Shown: in pieces, positions 39,198-52,380 of the stretch
Numbering within the stretch: the stretch's first letter is position 1
How the letters are laid out: every line of letters starts with the position of its first letter
Source: Marsupella aquatica
Lineage: Eukaryota > Plantae > Marchantiophyta
Assembly (NCBI GenBank): GCA_973895155.1
Contig: OZ316898.1
Span: forward strand, 13,794,330 to 13,858,329
Reading direction: 5' to 3'
Length of the DNA stretch: 64,000 nt
Position numbers and translations under genes: made by a program
The notes under the pieces: generated by a model
What the model was told of the DNA's origin: nothing
The model's input: only the letters and a program-made list of their open reading frames with translations
Database searches by the model: none

Positions 39198-42100
39198 ATC
39201 GATGCAAGGAAAAGGTGTTACACCTACAGTCCATAGCAATGTGCCATTAAAACGTGAAGGGACATCTTTGCAGGGGAATTAAATAAATGTTAAATCCATA
39301 ACATCCTCCAAATCACTAAAACGACACTATCTTGCCTGCCTGTCAAAATCTATGGTTCGTCTGTCGTCCTGCTAAATCAACCTCGGGGTATTATAGTGTT
39401 TTCTATTCTATTCTATCCCTCGACATGATGCAAGTGGGGAAGCAACCCAGTCATCTTCAAAAGTAGAGCCAGGCTCTAGATTGACGACAAATGCACTGTC
39501 TATATTAAAGACTAATCACATTGTTCATCCTCACAATTTAAAAAGTAGACATTGAAGATCAAGAAAGTTTCCCTAAAAAATCACTAGAGAAAACAGGTGA
39601 GCGAAATTGGTCTAGGTATCCTTGTGGGTGGGGGGGAGTTGGTGAGATCCCATTCATTTTTGCTAAAGCTCTTACAGAAAGAAAAAGAGGAGACGATAAG
39701 ATATTGCCACCATTCGGTTGATTTGGGTGACTGTTCTCATTTCCTATCTGGAAGTTAGCTCTCCTTCTTGACTGGTTGTCCTTGCTTTCCTTTTGGAAAG
39801 TTTTGCTCTTACAACGGCAAGAGATGTGGACACTGAGCCCCCTGTGGAGTGCTATCGTGGTTTCCTCTAGGAAATGCTATTTTATAAAATCAGTAGGTTT
39901 TCAAAGGCAAAAGATGAGAGGATAGGAACCAACTAACCGGATGTGTCCAGGCTTGCACTTTTGTGATGATTTTAGAATCTAGGTTTAGGTGCACATGCCA
40001 TATCATACTATGAAAGACAAACGGACACAATCCAGATTAAACTCTTAACCTGGTTTAGTGCAGCGTATCATCTTCTTCCCTTAAATTCTTTTACACTGCA
40101 TATGTGCTTTCTAAGATTATTTTCTAAAGCGCACACACTCAGGACCAAAGTCTTTTTGCTAAACGACAACTTTACAAGTGCTTACCCTTGGTATGCTTTT
40201 ATTGGTAACCACACAACTAAACTTGCATTTATCAATGGCTGCATACATGCCCATTTTAGTAGAGTACAGAATGCACTTAAGGAGTTTTGGCACAGAATTA
40301 AGGCAGGTGTACTAGGTGCAAGGCTCGCACCTAGCTGACTACAACTCACTGATGGAACTCACTGATGGAGGAGCCCATTGCACATGTGAGCACTGCTGCA
40401 AACTGCAGCTCATGGTACTGTAGCTCATGAATCATCAAGGTCTGTTTTCAAGATTCTTGGTGTGATCAGGACATGTTGTGGTATTTAAAATGTGCATGGG
40501 GAGTTTTGGAGTTCTATTGTTGATCATTCACTTTGTGGTGCTCAATCTGCCATCATCCACACAACTTGCTATCAAATCCCTGGGAACCCCGGATGATTAC
40601 ACATTTAACAAAGAAATCTAGATAAAGCACACTTATCCATTAGAGGACCTGTTAGGGGGTGTGCACTTATCAAGGCATGCAACACCTGGTTTAGTGCATG
40701 CCAGGTCCATCTTCCTGAGAGCGTGCACTTAGAGAGAGTTAACTGGAAAATATTTCTCCATATGGAAAGTCATTTCCTATAAAGAACTGGTTGTACTTGT
40801 AACTCTGAAACAATCATTTCTTATGTTTGTTAAGAAAATCACGGCTAAAAAAAATTAAGAAATAAGAAATAAAATCAATGGATATTCTTGACTTGACAAA
40901 GATTGAGCCAATGTATGTAACATCAATGTTATTAATGTCATCCAAGATGGTTTGCAGCAAAACTCATGCAGAAGCAAACCTATTGCCACACAAGACTTGA
41001 AACTAAAGCAAAACTACCTGTCATGCATTAGCACCGTTGAGCAACCCGTTTTGGCAGCCAAGCCATTGTCAAGGCCAACTGCTGGGCCCAAAGTTACCCA
41101 CCCAAGCAATACTGTCACTAGAGTGGCATTTTGTTTTTAATGTGGTCTAGCTCTTGATTGAAGTGTGTTAGGCAGTGGCAAGTCGTGGCAGTCAGCCTAA
41201 CCGCCCTTTGCTCACTCCAGCTGTGGCCGGGGCTGTGGCAAATTGTAAGGAGATTTTTGCAGGTGAAAGCACCAGTCTTTGGGATGCTGTCCTTCATTGG
41301 GGTTTGAAAAAAGGTCAAAGACGAGTGTAGCTTACACAATACAATGTTTTTGTTAGTGCCAAATGTTTCCAAAACATATGTGCTTGCTACTAACACAAAC
41401 TCTGCCACTAATCTTCCTTGTTTATGACCCTTATGGCTAGATCTGATGGTCATCAATCTAATCATAATGTCAGTAGTTTAAATGTATCAGAGATGACTTT
41501 CAATAGCATTACCTGTATATAATTTATAAAAGGTTTTTTCTTTTTCTTTTTCTAGGGTGGTTACCTAATTGTCTAAATTAATTATTGTCTGACCATTAGA
41601 TCTGCCTAGATTTAAGTATAACTGCCAGGTTAGGCACATTTAAGGATAACTGCCAGGTTCTGGCCAGTGAGGTCTGTGAGTCTGTGACTACTTGGGAAAC
41701 TGGCCAACAAAAGGACAAAAACAAACGAATCTTTTCGAAATTGTCTAAGATTTTTCAGTGAGGTGGGAATTTTGGCAAACTTTGGCCACTAAAAACCCTG
41801 GATCATACTTACTTTCCATCTTATATTGCCCAACACTAAAAAAATACCCTGCCCCACAGGCCTACCGGTAGTCGGGTCTGGTTGTATTTGGTCCTTCCTC
41901 GTCTGAGAATCTGAGACCTTGACCGAGTAGAGTACCACATGGATTGGTGCCAGATTGGCGCTGGTATGGTGGTATCATTATGGCCTGATTGATGAAAATC
42001 TCTCGTCATCATGAAGTAAGCCTGACGCGAAGAAACTCTGTTTGTCATGGTGATTTCTATTAATTTCTGGCCGGCCTAGTCGAACAATCTCTATCACACT

Positions 42101-43339
42101 ACTATTCTCCATCATGAAGTGGGACTGTGGGCCTGATCGGATCGCTCGAATGCATGCCAAGCAGGCTGGATAGCACGTGTGCTCTAGTGGGTCCCTGATG
42201 CCCTTCGATCACAAAGAGGATAGACTTGAAATGTGACGAAAGTTCTTTGATCATATCAAACTCCCATGGTAGCGTGATCCACAATAGTCAATAGTGCCCT
42301 GGTATTTATTTAAAATTTAAAATGAGGATGCGTGCCTCACATCCTCGGAGATCGAGCTAAACGACGACATAGTTCGGGCAACTCTCAGCACCTGTACCAA
42401 GAAATTGCTCTATAACACTGTCCGTGCTGAAATCATCATGAGCTCGATCAGAAACATTTCAAGTACAAGTGGAGCAACAGTCCGAACTCCAAACGCCCTC
42501 CCTGTAGCTTCTGGTAGTAATCCAGGTCAGGTCACAAATGGATGATGGCACTGGTTGTGGAAGATTACAGATCTCGGTAAACGAGTTGATTTTGTCCCAA
42601 AAAAGAAATGGAAACTGAAAGTTTTATAAACTTTCTACAGCAGTACAGCTCGAGATGATAAGCCAGCTGCAGCCCGGCCCAGGAGGCTCTGAGCAAAGGT
42701 TATGGGCCGGCCTTCTTCTAGCTTTCATTGTCCTCCTCCCATCACCATTAGTGCCCCGCATTTGGGCGCTATAGACATGAAACCATCTCCTTCAGTTGTA
42801 GACAGTCCGCCACTCTAGCTGCCTGTGTACGCGCAAGTGTTGAAATCCTCATGATCGAAGGACTTTGCGCCATAGTTTGCATTTCCTGGTGGCGCTGTGA
42901 AGTGGATTTGCTATCACATTAGTAAGCAAGGTCAACGAAAGTTGACGGCAGTACTTGATCCACGAGACTGAGTCACGGACTCATCGAAAAGTGCTAGAAC
43001 ATACTCGGCCATCTGCTGCTTTCTCAAAGAAAAGTACGGGCTGGGCTGGCTGGTACAACTGCCACCGGAGAAGAACCACAACTAGAGAGTTCTGGCTGAA
43101 CCTAGAATAAGCGATTCAAGACAAATGCACATGTTAACGGTAAACATGTGAAACATCCATGGCTAACAACTTCTTCCGTCAGTGACGATTACAGTATAAG
43201 CGTAGTCATTTCATCGGGGGATGAGAGTGAACTTAAAGACCTCACTCTCACTATGGCCAGTGAGGCCCCTGATCTGCATTATCATGCTCTGGAGAACAGT
43301 TTCGTACAATTTTGCTTCACTTATTTTATCTAGGATTCG

Positions 43340-43870
43340 CTACATGCTGCCTGTCAATCCAGCTGTTCCGCGATTCTAAGTCTCCCGGTGTCGCAGAGAA
43401 TTACCTAGAATTGGTGACATACTGTCAATTCCAGCTGTTGCACGAATCCGAGTCGCGGGTGTCACAGCACTTGCCCGACCACATGTCATACGTAATGATA
43501 TTGAACTCGTCCAGCGGTCGAATTCCTGATTTTCGACGTGGGTGCACATGGACACAACTCGCGAAGCGGCCTGATTCTTCTCCATGATGTACAAAGTTTT
43601 CAACAAATTCAGTCGACATTAGCTTCGCAACTCAGGATCGCGGTGATCATGTGGTCCAATATTCCCTCCTATGCTGGTGCTCATTTGATGTGTTCACGGC
43701 CGCTCTATTGTGCATCTGATCTTTGCTCGGACTTCAAGACGTTGGAGATCTACTCCGTTCCTTGCGCTGCTTGTCAAATACCTCGCGGTTTGTTAAAAAA
43801 TTGCAAGATGAGGTCATCTGCCATGCTACAGGAGCTTCGGTCTGGTGGCGAGATTGCTCATGAATAATAT
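43340..43870 (+). pseudogene. Possible heavily frameshifted cysteine-containing LRR (F-box/LRR-like) remnant
   Basis: ~75-bp degenerate DNA repeat (43350, 43423). Peptide scraps across frames (GVAENYLEL, SCCTN, GVTALA, TKFSTNSVDI, LLKNCKM) resemble 25-26-aa LRR units. Confidence 0.3.
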
Positions 43871-44668
43871 CTGGCGACAAGGCGTTGAGCTGTAGCTGAT
43901 TCAACATTTACATGTCAACTCACATTGCCGTGATCAATCTCTTTGATTGGAGGGAAGATCGGAAGGACACCTCTTGTCTGAGGTATTTGTTCAAATAAGT
44001 CTTAGGCCAAGCTTCAAGAATAGATTTGCCTGTCTAGTATTCGTTGAAACCAATAGGATTATTCCATAATCTTCAATCGGTTTGTGTGTGCACTAAGGCG
44101 GCCGATAGTTCTTTTCAAAGCATGACTGGCGACTGGTAGATCTTAAAGCAAGGAGTACATCCAAGATCCAGTCTTAAGAGAATCTGAAGTACTCTAAATG
44201 TATATTTATTAGACTACAGTTTCTGCATCAAGCTTTGTTGAATTGACATCTGCCTTTGTCGTCGAAGGTCGTGGCGTAAGCGTCAGTGATCGTGCTCAGG
44301 CAGTGATGCGTCAAAGCCTTAGCATCCCGTCAGGACTTAAAGTAGCCAAAGGATCCTACGCTTTGGTTCCATTCTCTTCACCTCAGGATTTTGCAGTTGA
44401 ATTAGTAATCGGCTCGTTTTATTGGTCTGCCGATCGAAGTGTACATGCTCGCCAATGGCATTTAGTACATCCGCTGTCTGACCGAAGTTTTGACATCGTC
44501 AAGATTGTTGTCTTCTGTAACGTCAGGGTAACGAACGAGAGTCGATTCTCCAGGATCAGGAATCGGCTTGCCTTAAAGATGCTACCAATCACAAAGTATT
44601 GAGCTTTCTCGCGACATCCGCATTGGAAAGAAGGACTCGATCAGCACAGGTCCAGCGTTATTCAGATT

Positions 44669-45970
44669 ATGGATTCGGATCTAGAAGCGAGCCCTCTTAC
44701 GCTCATCCCTGCCGATATTCTGCAGGAAATTTTGAGCAAGTTGTCCTTCTCAGAACTCCTCAATCTCCGCATTGTCTGCAAGAAATGGAGTAGCATGATC
44801 TGCTCACTCTACTTCGCTCCTCCATTCCACATTCCGAAGTGTGTACCTGTGCATTTCTTCAATGAAAAGCTTACGGTCTACAATTCTCGAACCAAAACAT
44901 GGGAGGAGCATTCCCTGGCGTTCTTTCAGGACCATATTCGGACAACACGACTGGAGTTGGTGGCCACAGCAGGCGGTTTGATGTGCTTCGAAACCGACCA
45001 ATCCAGCCAGCTTATTGTTTGCAATCCAATCTCAAAAATGTGGAGACTTCTCCAAATCCCTTGGGCAGGCGGAGCTCAACCTTCAAATTGGCCCTACGTG
45101 AATCTCATCTCGAGCTCTCTGTTCAATTTCTCAGCTGAGGATCGTGAGCGCAAATCAATGCTGCGGAAGAGAACTACAATTGTAGGTTTAGTGGTAGATT
45201 CTGTGGAAGGAAATCACTACAAAATTGTGGTTGCTTCCCTGAAGGATAATTCCACTAGCTCAACGGTGGTGTATGACTCGATGACGAGCTCTTGGAAGAA
45301 GGGAGCCAAAGCTCCAGAAGGGGGGGAATTTTCGGACGGCAACGCCATCTTCTGTAACGGATCACTCTACTGCCTCGTGAAGACGGAAACGTATAACGGG
45401 GAGCTCTTCAAGTATGATGTGAAAAGTGACAGGTGGAGCACACTTTCCCTGGACATATCCGTCATGAGGTGCAAGCTTATCGAGCATTGTGGCCGTGTGA
45501 TCCTCGCTCAGAGAAATTCGTATTACTCGCACGAGTCGGCCTTTAGGTTTTTCCAGCTATGTGCCATGTCGCTGCGCAGATCCGAATCGAGAACATACAG
45601 TCCCGAACCAGGTGGCTTCGAGCCAGATCTATCAATGACACGATTGGAGGAGATGGATCTCATCGAGAATTTAAATCTCGACGCTGTGAGTATCAGCATA
45701 GTACTGGGGCACCTGACAAATGAGGGGAGAGTGTACTTGCTTGGGCAAAAGAACTTTCTCTACGTTCTCAAGCCTCCATACGAAGATGGGCTCAAGAAGA
45801 AGCGAACACTCGTAACAATCATCGACCTTTCAACTGGGTCCTGCGACGTTCTGCGTGAAATGATCGTTGCTTCAACGGCCTATGGTCCTGACGATCATTC
45901 TACTCCTGGGAAACATCGGATCGGAAGCGTGTTCCACCTGTTCTCTGCTTCCGTCACAGCTCAAGTATGA
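44669..45970 (+). CDS. F-box protein, 433 aa, intronless CDS, with C-terminal beta-propeller/F-box-associated region
   Basis: F-box IPADILQEILSKLSFSELLNLRIVCKKW, followed by ATAGGLMC, LIVCNPISKMWRLL, YKIVV, VYDSMTSSWK, FCNGSLY and YDVKSDRW. Confidence 0.95.
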   Translation: MDSDLEASPLTLIPADILQEILSKLSFSELLNLRIVCKKWSSMICSLYFAPPFHIPKCVPVHFFNEKLTVYNSRTKTWEEHSLAFFQDHIRTTRLELVATAGGLMCFETDQSSQLIVCNPISKMWRLLQIPWAGGAQPSNWPYVNLISSSLFNFSAEDRERKSMLRKRTTIVGLVVDSVEGNHYKIVVASLKDNSTSSTVVYDSMTSSWKKGAKAPEGGEFSDGNAIFCNGSLYCLVKTETYNGELFKYDVKSDRWSTLSLDISVMRCKLIEHCGRVILAQRNSYYSHESAFRFFQLCAMSLRRSESRTYSPEPGGFEPDLSMTRLEEMDLIENLNLDAVSISIVLGHLTNEGRVYLLGQKNFLYVLKPPYEDGLKKKRTLVTIIDLSTGSCDVLREMIVASTAYGPDDHSTPGKHRIGSVFHLFSASVTAQV

Positions 45971-47552
45971 TGGAAACTTGTCATCCGCGCTCTTGAATTG
46001 TACTGCATTGATAACCGTGAAGAGTCAAACCCCACGTCAATGCTTGAATCTTCGTCCTCCAGCGATAGCAAATGTGTACTTGTCCCACCGTGGATGAGTT
46101 TACCGAGGCGACCAGCAACATAATTTACAGCTGAGCAGACCAAACCTACTTTGGGCTCTGATTCCTAAAAAGTTGTTTGGATGATCAGAAAGTGCCTACC
46201 ATAGTACCATCGAAACGAGATAATGTAAGCGATCGTACAGTGAGTTGTCCCCGACTGTACAGCATGAAAAACTGCTGTCAACGCGATTTTGTATAAACTG
46301 TATTCTGTAGAGAGTGTTCATTTTCAAGGAAGTGAGGAACAGTTCGAGTACCTATTCTAGCTTGATTCTGAATGGGAATTCCCCACATGATTTATGCTGT
46401 TTCGGATATTTTTCTTTATACTATTATATTATTATTGTTTGAATATGGCAAGATGGGATCCTCTACCATGAACAGCCCAAATACCGTGCATATACATCGT
46501 ACATTCGTGTGGATACATAGTACAGGCATCAGACTCCCAACTCACACATTACTCACAGTCAAGCCTACTGTAGTTTCAAAAAAACATGTTACCAAAGAGA
46601 TTACAGCCTATGGTGTAAGTTGTGAAGAAAAAAATTGTTTAGAGCAAAACACCATTGAGCGAAAATGCTGTTGAGTGGATTTAAATAAATATGTTAGCCA
46701 TGCAAACCGATGGTTGTTGGCTGGCCATGCATTTGGGCAAGACCCACAGGCTGTCAGTGTGAAATGGAATTGACTCTGAAATGAGGGCATAAATTATTAG
46801 TTTGAGTACCCCTTGGTTACTTAAGTTGTTATTATTCAACAAGTTGGAGCCCTCAAGAGTTGCATGTTGGAATATGTTGGAATATGGAGATGAAAAGACA
46901 AAAAGAGGAAATTTTTCATGGCAAAAGACCAAACATTCACTAGCTTGCTACTGACGTCACTACTATGTCCATACAACCCATGTAACATTTCATACAATCC
47001 ATGCAAAATATATATCACAATGCCCAAGAGCAAAAAATGTCAAACTGGGAGACTAAGATCTCAAAGGCAAAGCAACCCAATGAAGGGGAGGAAATTAGTT
47101 CGTGGACCCCTAGGCTAATTGAGTCCACTTTTCTCTTTGCTTTTCTCAACAACAAACCCTAAGCTTTCTAGTAGCTAAGTCATGTCTGTAGAAGATGTGT
47201 TGCCCAATTTGTCAATGTACTTTCAAATAATTATTTTGGAGATTTCACTACAGTCCGACTTTGGCAAGTTTTGAATTAGAGGTTAATAGCCTCATCATTC
47301 ACCTTGACGCAACTATTCACCAAATGGAGAAAGGCAAAGCTTAAGCTTAGAGAAGAGAGAAGGTTGATTAGGAAGTGACATGTTGTGTTGGACAAGTAGG
47401 ATAGATTTTACAGTTTGTATCGTTTAGATTAGAATTTCTCACAAAATCATTGTGGACCCATTCAGCAATGGCCTAAGCAGTTTGGCATTCCTTCAACTGT
47501 CACACTTTGCTTTGCAGGCCAGAGTTCACAGTGTGGTTATCACTAGTAGTTG

Positions 47553-50149
47553 TGTCACTTGCCTATCCAACGATTAATACGTGCAAACCGTACTTTTCTT
47601 TGCTTAAACCGTTGGTATCGTATTACGGGGTCGTGAAGGGACGCTATTTGGAGGGTTTCCACACCTAAGGATGAGTATGTTTGATTTCGCTCCCGGAAGT
47701 GTACTTTTTGATCAAGTCTACCGACTGGTCTCTCCGTTTTTGATCAAGTCCAAGGGACTGGTCCTACCATCTACAACTCACGTCCACCGGGTGAGTGCTG
47801 TCACCACCCCCCCCCCCCCCCCCTCGCTCATGGGCAAGCATACAAACGTTTACAATAAGATTTGAACACTAGTGACAAGGGCAAATGTTTCCACAACAAA
47901 ACCGACCACATGTACTAGGGGAGGAAAACAAACAACACAAGCAACAACAAGTGACACACAAAATATTGGAACCTAAGGCCAAATCCATATCTCTTCAAGT
48001 TGATGTTTCCCGTAACACATGCAAGGACAACCTGGCCTCCTGCCGTCTGCCCAACTCCTGTCTCCCGGGGACAAGTGCTATGTTCTCCACCTCACTACTC
48101 TAGCTTGAACCTCTTCTAATCGGTGCGCTAATCACAAAAGCTACTCAAAAGCATCAAAGCACTACGCTGAGTTCCCCCTAACTACTCCGGGGCTCTCCCC
48201 TTAAATACTGAAAACAAACACACCAAAGCACCCCTCACGGGGTCACCACGATGCCGGCTACCCTAGCGGCGCCGCTAAAACCTTATCACCAACAGGTAAA
48301 CATCACTAAACCCTAGCGGTATGCGGCACACACATACCCCTAAACCCTACCTAACTAAAGGACCCACGGTGCCTTCGACGGCGCCCCACAAAATCACTCT
48401 ATAAATCGCAAAAATATAAGAGGCCCCGCAATTGCCGAAACTAGGTTCCCCTCTGATTTCACCTCTGAGCTCACTCCTGGGTAGCCCTGCTCCCCCTGAT
48501 CATGAATCACCAAACCGCTCCCAAAACGGACATCGGACGACCAAGTTATGGTCATTTTAGTTTCCCATATCGACCAACTTCATCGGGCTCTAACTTGCTC
48601 AACCTGGCTCCATTTGAGGAGCGCCGTCTCTTGTTGGAATCAGCTCCGCAAGCTCTTTCCAACAAGCCTGTGAGTGCCCACTTCCAAAAAATTTCAAAGT
48701 CAAGAGGTCGTACAACCAAGTCCGTATGGCCACCCTAATCCTCCTCCTCACTCACGGTGCCATGGCTTGAGCCCTGTGAGTTGGTCTCCTCATCACTCTC
48801 AATTTGAGTGGATACCACTCCGCTAAACAAGGACTCACTTGAGTCCACCACCTCCTATCTTATCTATCTACCCTGCCTACCAGCCTCAATCCTCCTGATC
48901 GCCGCCACCGGTCCGTTGTAAAAGGAGGGGGCCCCTATAATTGTTGAAACTAAAATTTTCTCAGAATTCACTTCTGAAAACATATCTGAGGAGCCCTCCT
49001 CTTCCTGATCACGGCTCCATAAACGGTGCACAAAATGGAGGTCAAACGGCCAAGATATGATCGTTTAACTTTTCACGGGGCATCGTCTCCCTCCGTTTCG
49101 TCTGTACAACACCAGGGAGCCCCGGCTTTGCAAAACACGGATCATGGTTCCCCGTATGTGCTGCTACTTCCTCCTTCCCTTGCAAAGTCGGGACCTCCTG
49201 CAGTACGGACGTCCATACGGCCTCAAAAACCCCGTATTATCAAAAAACGCGATCTGTCGTATCTCCCCCATCTTAGCTCCGTTTCGGCCGTGTGACAGAT
49301 CGTTGGATTCAGCTCGGCGAGCTCTTTCCAACAAGCCCATAGACTCCTGATTTTGAGATGGCCAAAAAACTGATGTTCGTACAACCAGGGTCCGTACACA
49401 CGTTGAAAGCAAGCACAAGAGGGAAAGGGTTTAGGGTTTAGGTATGGGTGGAAACCCCACAAGTGAGAATAGATAAAAAGGGAAGGAAGAAAGTGTGAGG
49501 GCCCTTTCTACGGATATGTTCTTTTACGGAGTGCCCCTCTACGGAGTGGGGAAGGGAAAGAGAGGAAAAACCATGTGAGGACCACACAAAGGGTGAAGGG
49601 GAACACAAGTGTGGAAACCCCTTCCTTCTAAGGGCCCTCCCACCATCACTACTCCAAGATTGCCTAGTTTGTCGTTTTACGGGCATTGAGGTCCCTCAAG
49701 ATGTCACTGTTTGATATAGACCTAAACCCAACTAGAAAACCTCAGTTTCGCATGGGGCTCATTGAGGGCGTCAAAATGAATCCAAAGATGACCATGTTTG
49801 GAATAGTACTAGTGCAGCAACGTCTGTTTTAAGTTTCAACGTTTTCTATATTTTAGTCATTCTTCCCGTTTTGCGCCTTACATGGAGCCTCCGACCAGCC
49901 CACACCTTGGCTCCAAGTCCTTGGGCTGCCTTGTGGCCTCCTTGTACCCCCTCAATGGTTCCCTTGTCATCCATCACCGCCTGGCACCCCTCTCAACTCC
50001 AGCCTCCGGTTGTCGCATCCATTTATTAGAACTAACAAAAATAAAAAATTTGAAAATCCAAAAACTTTACTACACCTACTTGTCTTTCTACTTATATACG
50101 CAATTATAAGTCATCACTAAGTTACTATCGGGTTTAGGGCCCTGTCACA
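47553..50149 (-). mobile_element. Large (2,597 bp) solo LTR, gypsy-type
   Basis: Ends TGTCAC...TGTCACA with flanks AGTTG/AGTTA (4 of 5 match). It interrupts a local repeat that continues on both sides, has an internal duplicated block (~48590-48730 vs ~49260-49400) and no coding signal. Orientation is inferred. Confidence 0.75.
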
Positions 50150-50192
50150 AGTTATCAAAATCATGTCTTTTTGCTACATGCAACCAAATTCT

Positions 50193-50489
50193 CAAGCTAA
50201 GAGTGTCGAAATTCAATCCAATGGCAAGTCCATTTGAAATTAGATGAATCTCTGATCAAATGAATTGTATCGGTTTGTTGAGTTCAAGTTAGGACCATAG
50301 CTTGCAGTTTGGCATTCCTTCAACTGTCGTAGGAATACTTTGCTTTGCAGGTTGGCTGGCATGCTTTCAAGCTAAGAGAGTCAAAATTCAATCCGTGGCA
50401 AGTGCATTTGAAACCAGATCAATGTCTGTTCAATCAAATGAATTGTATCAGTTTGTTGAGTTCAAGTTCGGACCATCGCTAGCAGTTTA
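50193..50489. repeat. ~175-bp tandem repeat, with a further partial unit at ~47410-47520
   Basis: CAAGCTAAGAG..AAATTCAATCC..TCAAATGAATTGTATC.GTTTGTTGAGTTCAAGTT at 50193 and 50368; GCAGTTTGGCATTCCTTCAACTGTC also at 47478. Confidence 0.8.
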
Positions 50490-50635
50490 CCTTAATTGCA
50501 AAAGGCCGGAAATCTTACTCTAACTGCCAATTACCCTTTAACAAGGAAGTTATCAAGTTAGTTATTAATCATTATTTACTATATGAAAAATACTTTTTAA
50601 ATCTTTGAATTTAAGTTTTAAAATTGGATACATAA

Positions 50636-50868
50636 CTAAAACGGTTACATAGTGACAGTTTTAACTGTCTTGCTCTTTGCATTTCTAATTTTTTACTTTT
50701 CTTTTTACGGCATGGCATCCCAAAATTTACAGCTAATTTGACACAAACACGAATGAACACTATAAGTTTGATTCACAAAACTGATGAGTCTTGTTTGTTG
50801 CGGTTGTTGTTGACATGGCACACTATGGTGCCAGGAATTTTGGAAGGGACCTATCATGGGTTCCGTAA
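50636..50868. repeat. Left member of a ~235-bp imperfect inverted repeat pair (partner 59262-59500)
   Basis: Colinear matches GTTACAT, GGCATGGCATCCCA, ACAAACACGAATG and TGGCACACTATGG.GCC.GGAATTTTGGAA.GGACC. Confidence 0.8.
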
Positions 50869-51490
50869 AGAGGGGAAAGGGCCCCAAGAAAAAACCAGTC
50901 AAGGGGTCCCAAACCAAATGCCGACAAAAATGTAACCTATGAAGGAGCCGTGCAGGCTAACACCTTACTGGCAAAGAATTGAAAAGCCTGGTAGAGCTCC
51001 GGAGTAAACTGCAAAGGAGGGTCCCGAAGTGGAACCTGACAGGAGGCCCTAAAACCAACTGCATCAGCCCTACAAAGGAGGGTGAAAGTCTGGGCCCGCT
51101 AAAAAGCCACAGACACCTGTTGCCAAAAAAAAAGGTCATGAGGACCCCAAAATAGGGGGGAAAGGTCTCCTCTCAATACAATAAACAACATAGGCCCAAA
51201 GGAACTGATTGAAGGTAGGGTGGAGAACACCAAAAACCTCAATGGCAAAGGGGTAGAAAAGATCCCCCAGCTAGCAAACTGCATAGGCCTCCTCCTTGAG
51301 CTGGGCCGCCTTGGCAGCTGCAAGGCCAGGCACATGAGCGGCAACAACAACATGGCCCCCCCCTATAGGATCAGCAACAACCACATCAATCCCCAAGAGC
51401 ATGAACCCCAGCCCTAGAAAAGACCAGATCCGCCCGCCGCCGGTCAGGAAGACCATCCCAAGGGGGAAGAACATGGTGACATGGAGCAAA
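50869..51490 (-). mobile_element. 3' fragment of a second, divergent CRE-like non-LTR element (RLE domain + 3' UTR)
   Basis: Across frames: IDVVVADP..AAHVPGLAAAKAAQLKEEAY..GDLFYPFAIEVFGVLHP..QQVSVAF. This is colinear with ADVVVANP..KEAKY..FLPLALELFARLHP..QRISVTLQ of the first element, followed by a T-rich tail. Confidence 0.8.
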
Positions 51491-52301
51491 ATGTTATAGT
51501 GGCCAAAGTCTTAAATATGTTCTCTTGGTATTCCCATGATTGGGTTTTTTGCATTCCTTTGGTATTCCTCTGGCCATAGTGGCCAAAGGTTTTTTTTATG
51601 TTACACTAGTTAGAAGCTTAAGATTTCTTTCTACTCAAGGTTATTTCCAAAAAAATTCCAATTAAATAGAAATTCAAACAATTTACCAGAAACACTGATA
51701 TATCAATCACAAGCCATCCAAAGGTTATTTCAATTCACCCTTGTTTTACCCTTTTCTTTGTTTATTTCAAGACAATATTCTTTTTCAATTTTCCATTGTT
51801 TTTATAGTTACAGGGTCTAAGTGTTTTTTTTTACCTTGTCTTAAACATGAATCTATTCATGTTGGCTCTTTTTGCATAACTGATCATTCTTGTTTGTGAC
51901 CAATAGTGCTGATGTAGCTGCATGTGCTGCCCTGGATTTTGGAAGGAGCTCCCATAGGGGTCCTTAAAGAATGTGAAGGAAAAATAATGCAATGTTGGAT
52001 GCCTTTGCATTGCAACAAGACAATCCCGAGAACAATCCAATTTGGAGTGTAGATAGCACATAAAATGGGTAAAAAGAATAAAATGCGCTTGCATCGCAAA
52101 GAAAGCTAAGAGACAACAGAAAAATGAATTGGGATGTTCAAAAACTCATGGACACATGAATATAGGAGGGTGCTTCAAATAGAATAATTTTTTATCCATT
52201 AACAAGAAGCCTTAAAGGATGGGTCCAAGGCCTTAATTCTCTTTTTCAAAATTTTCTGATTTTCCAAAATGTCATAAAAAACAACACAAAAAATCATCAT
52301 A

Positions 52302-52344
52302 TAGGGAAAGGTCCTCTCAATGCTCTAACGCCCGCACCGGATAT

Positions 52345-52380
<36 letters not shown>

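Noticed and set aside
41119-41410. hAT-like MITE with TAGAGTGGCA / TGCCACTA ends
   Set aside because: The inverted match is only ~7 bp and there is no TSD.
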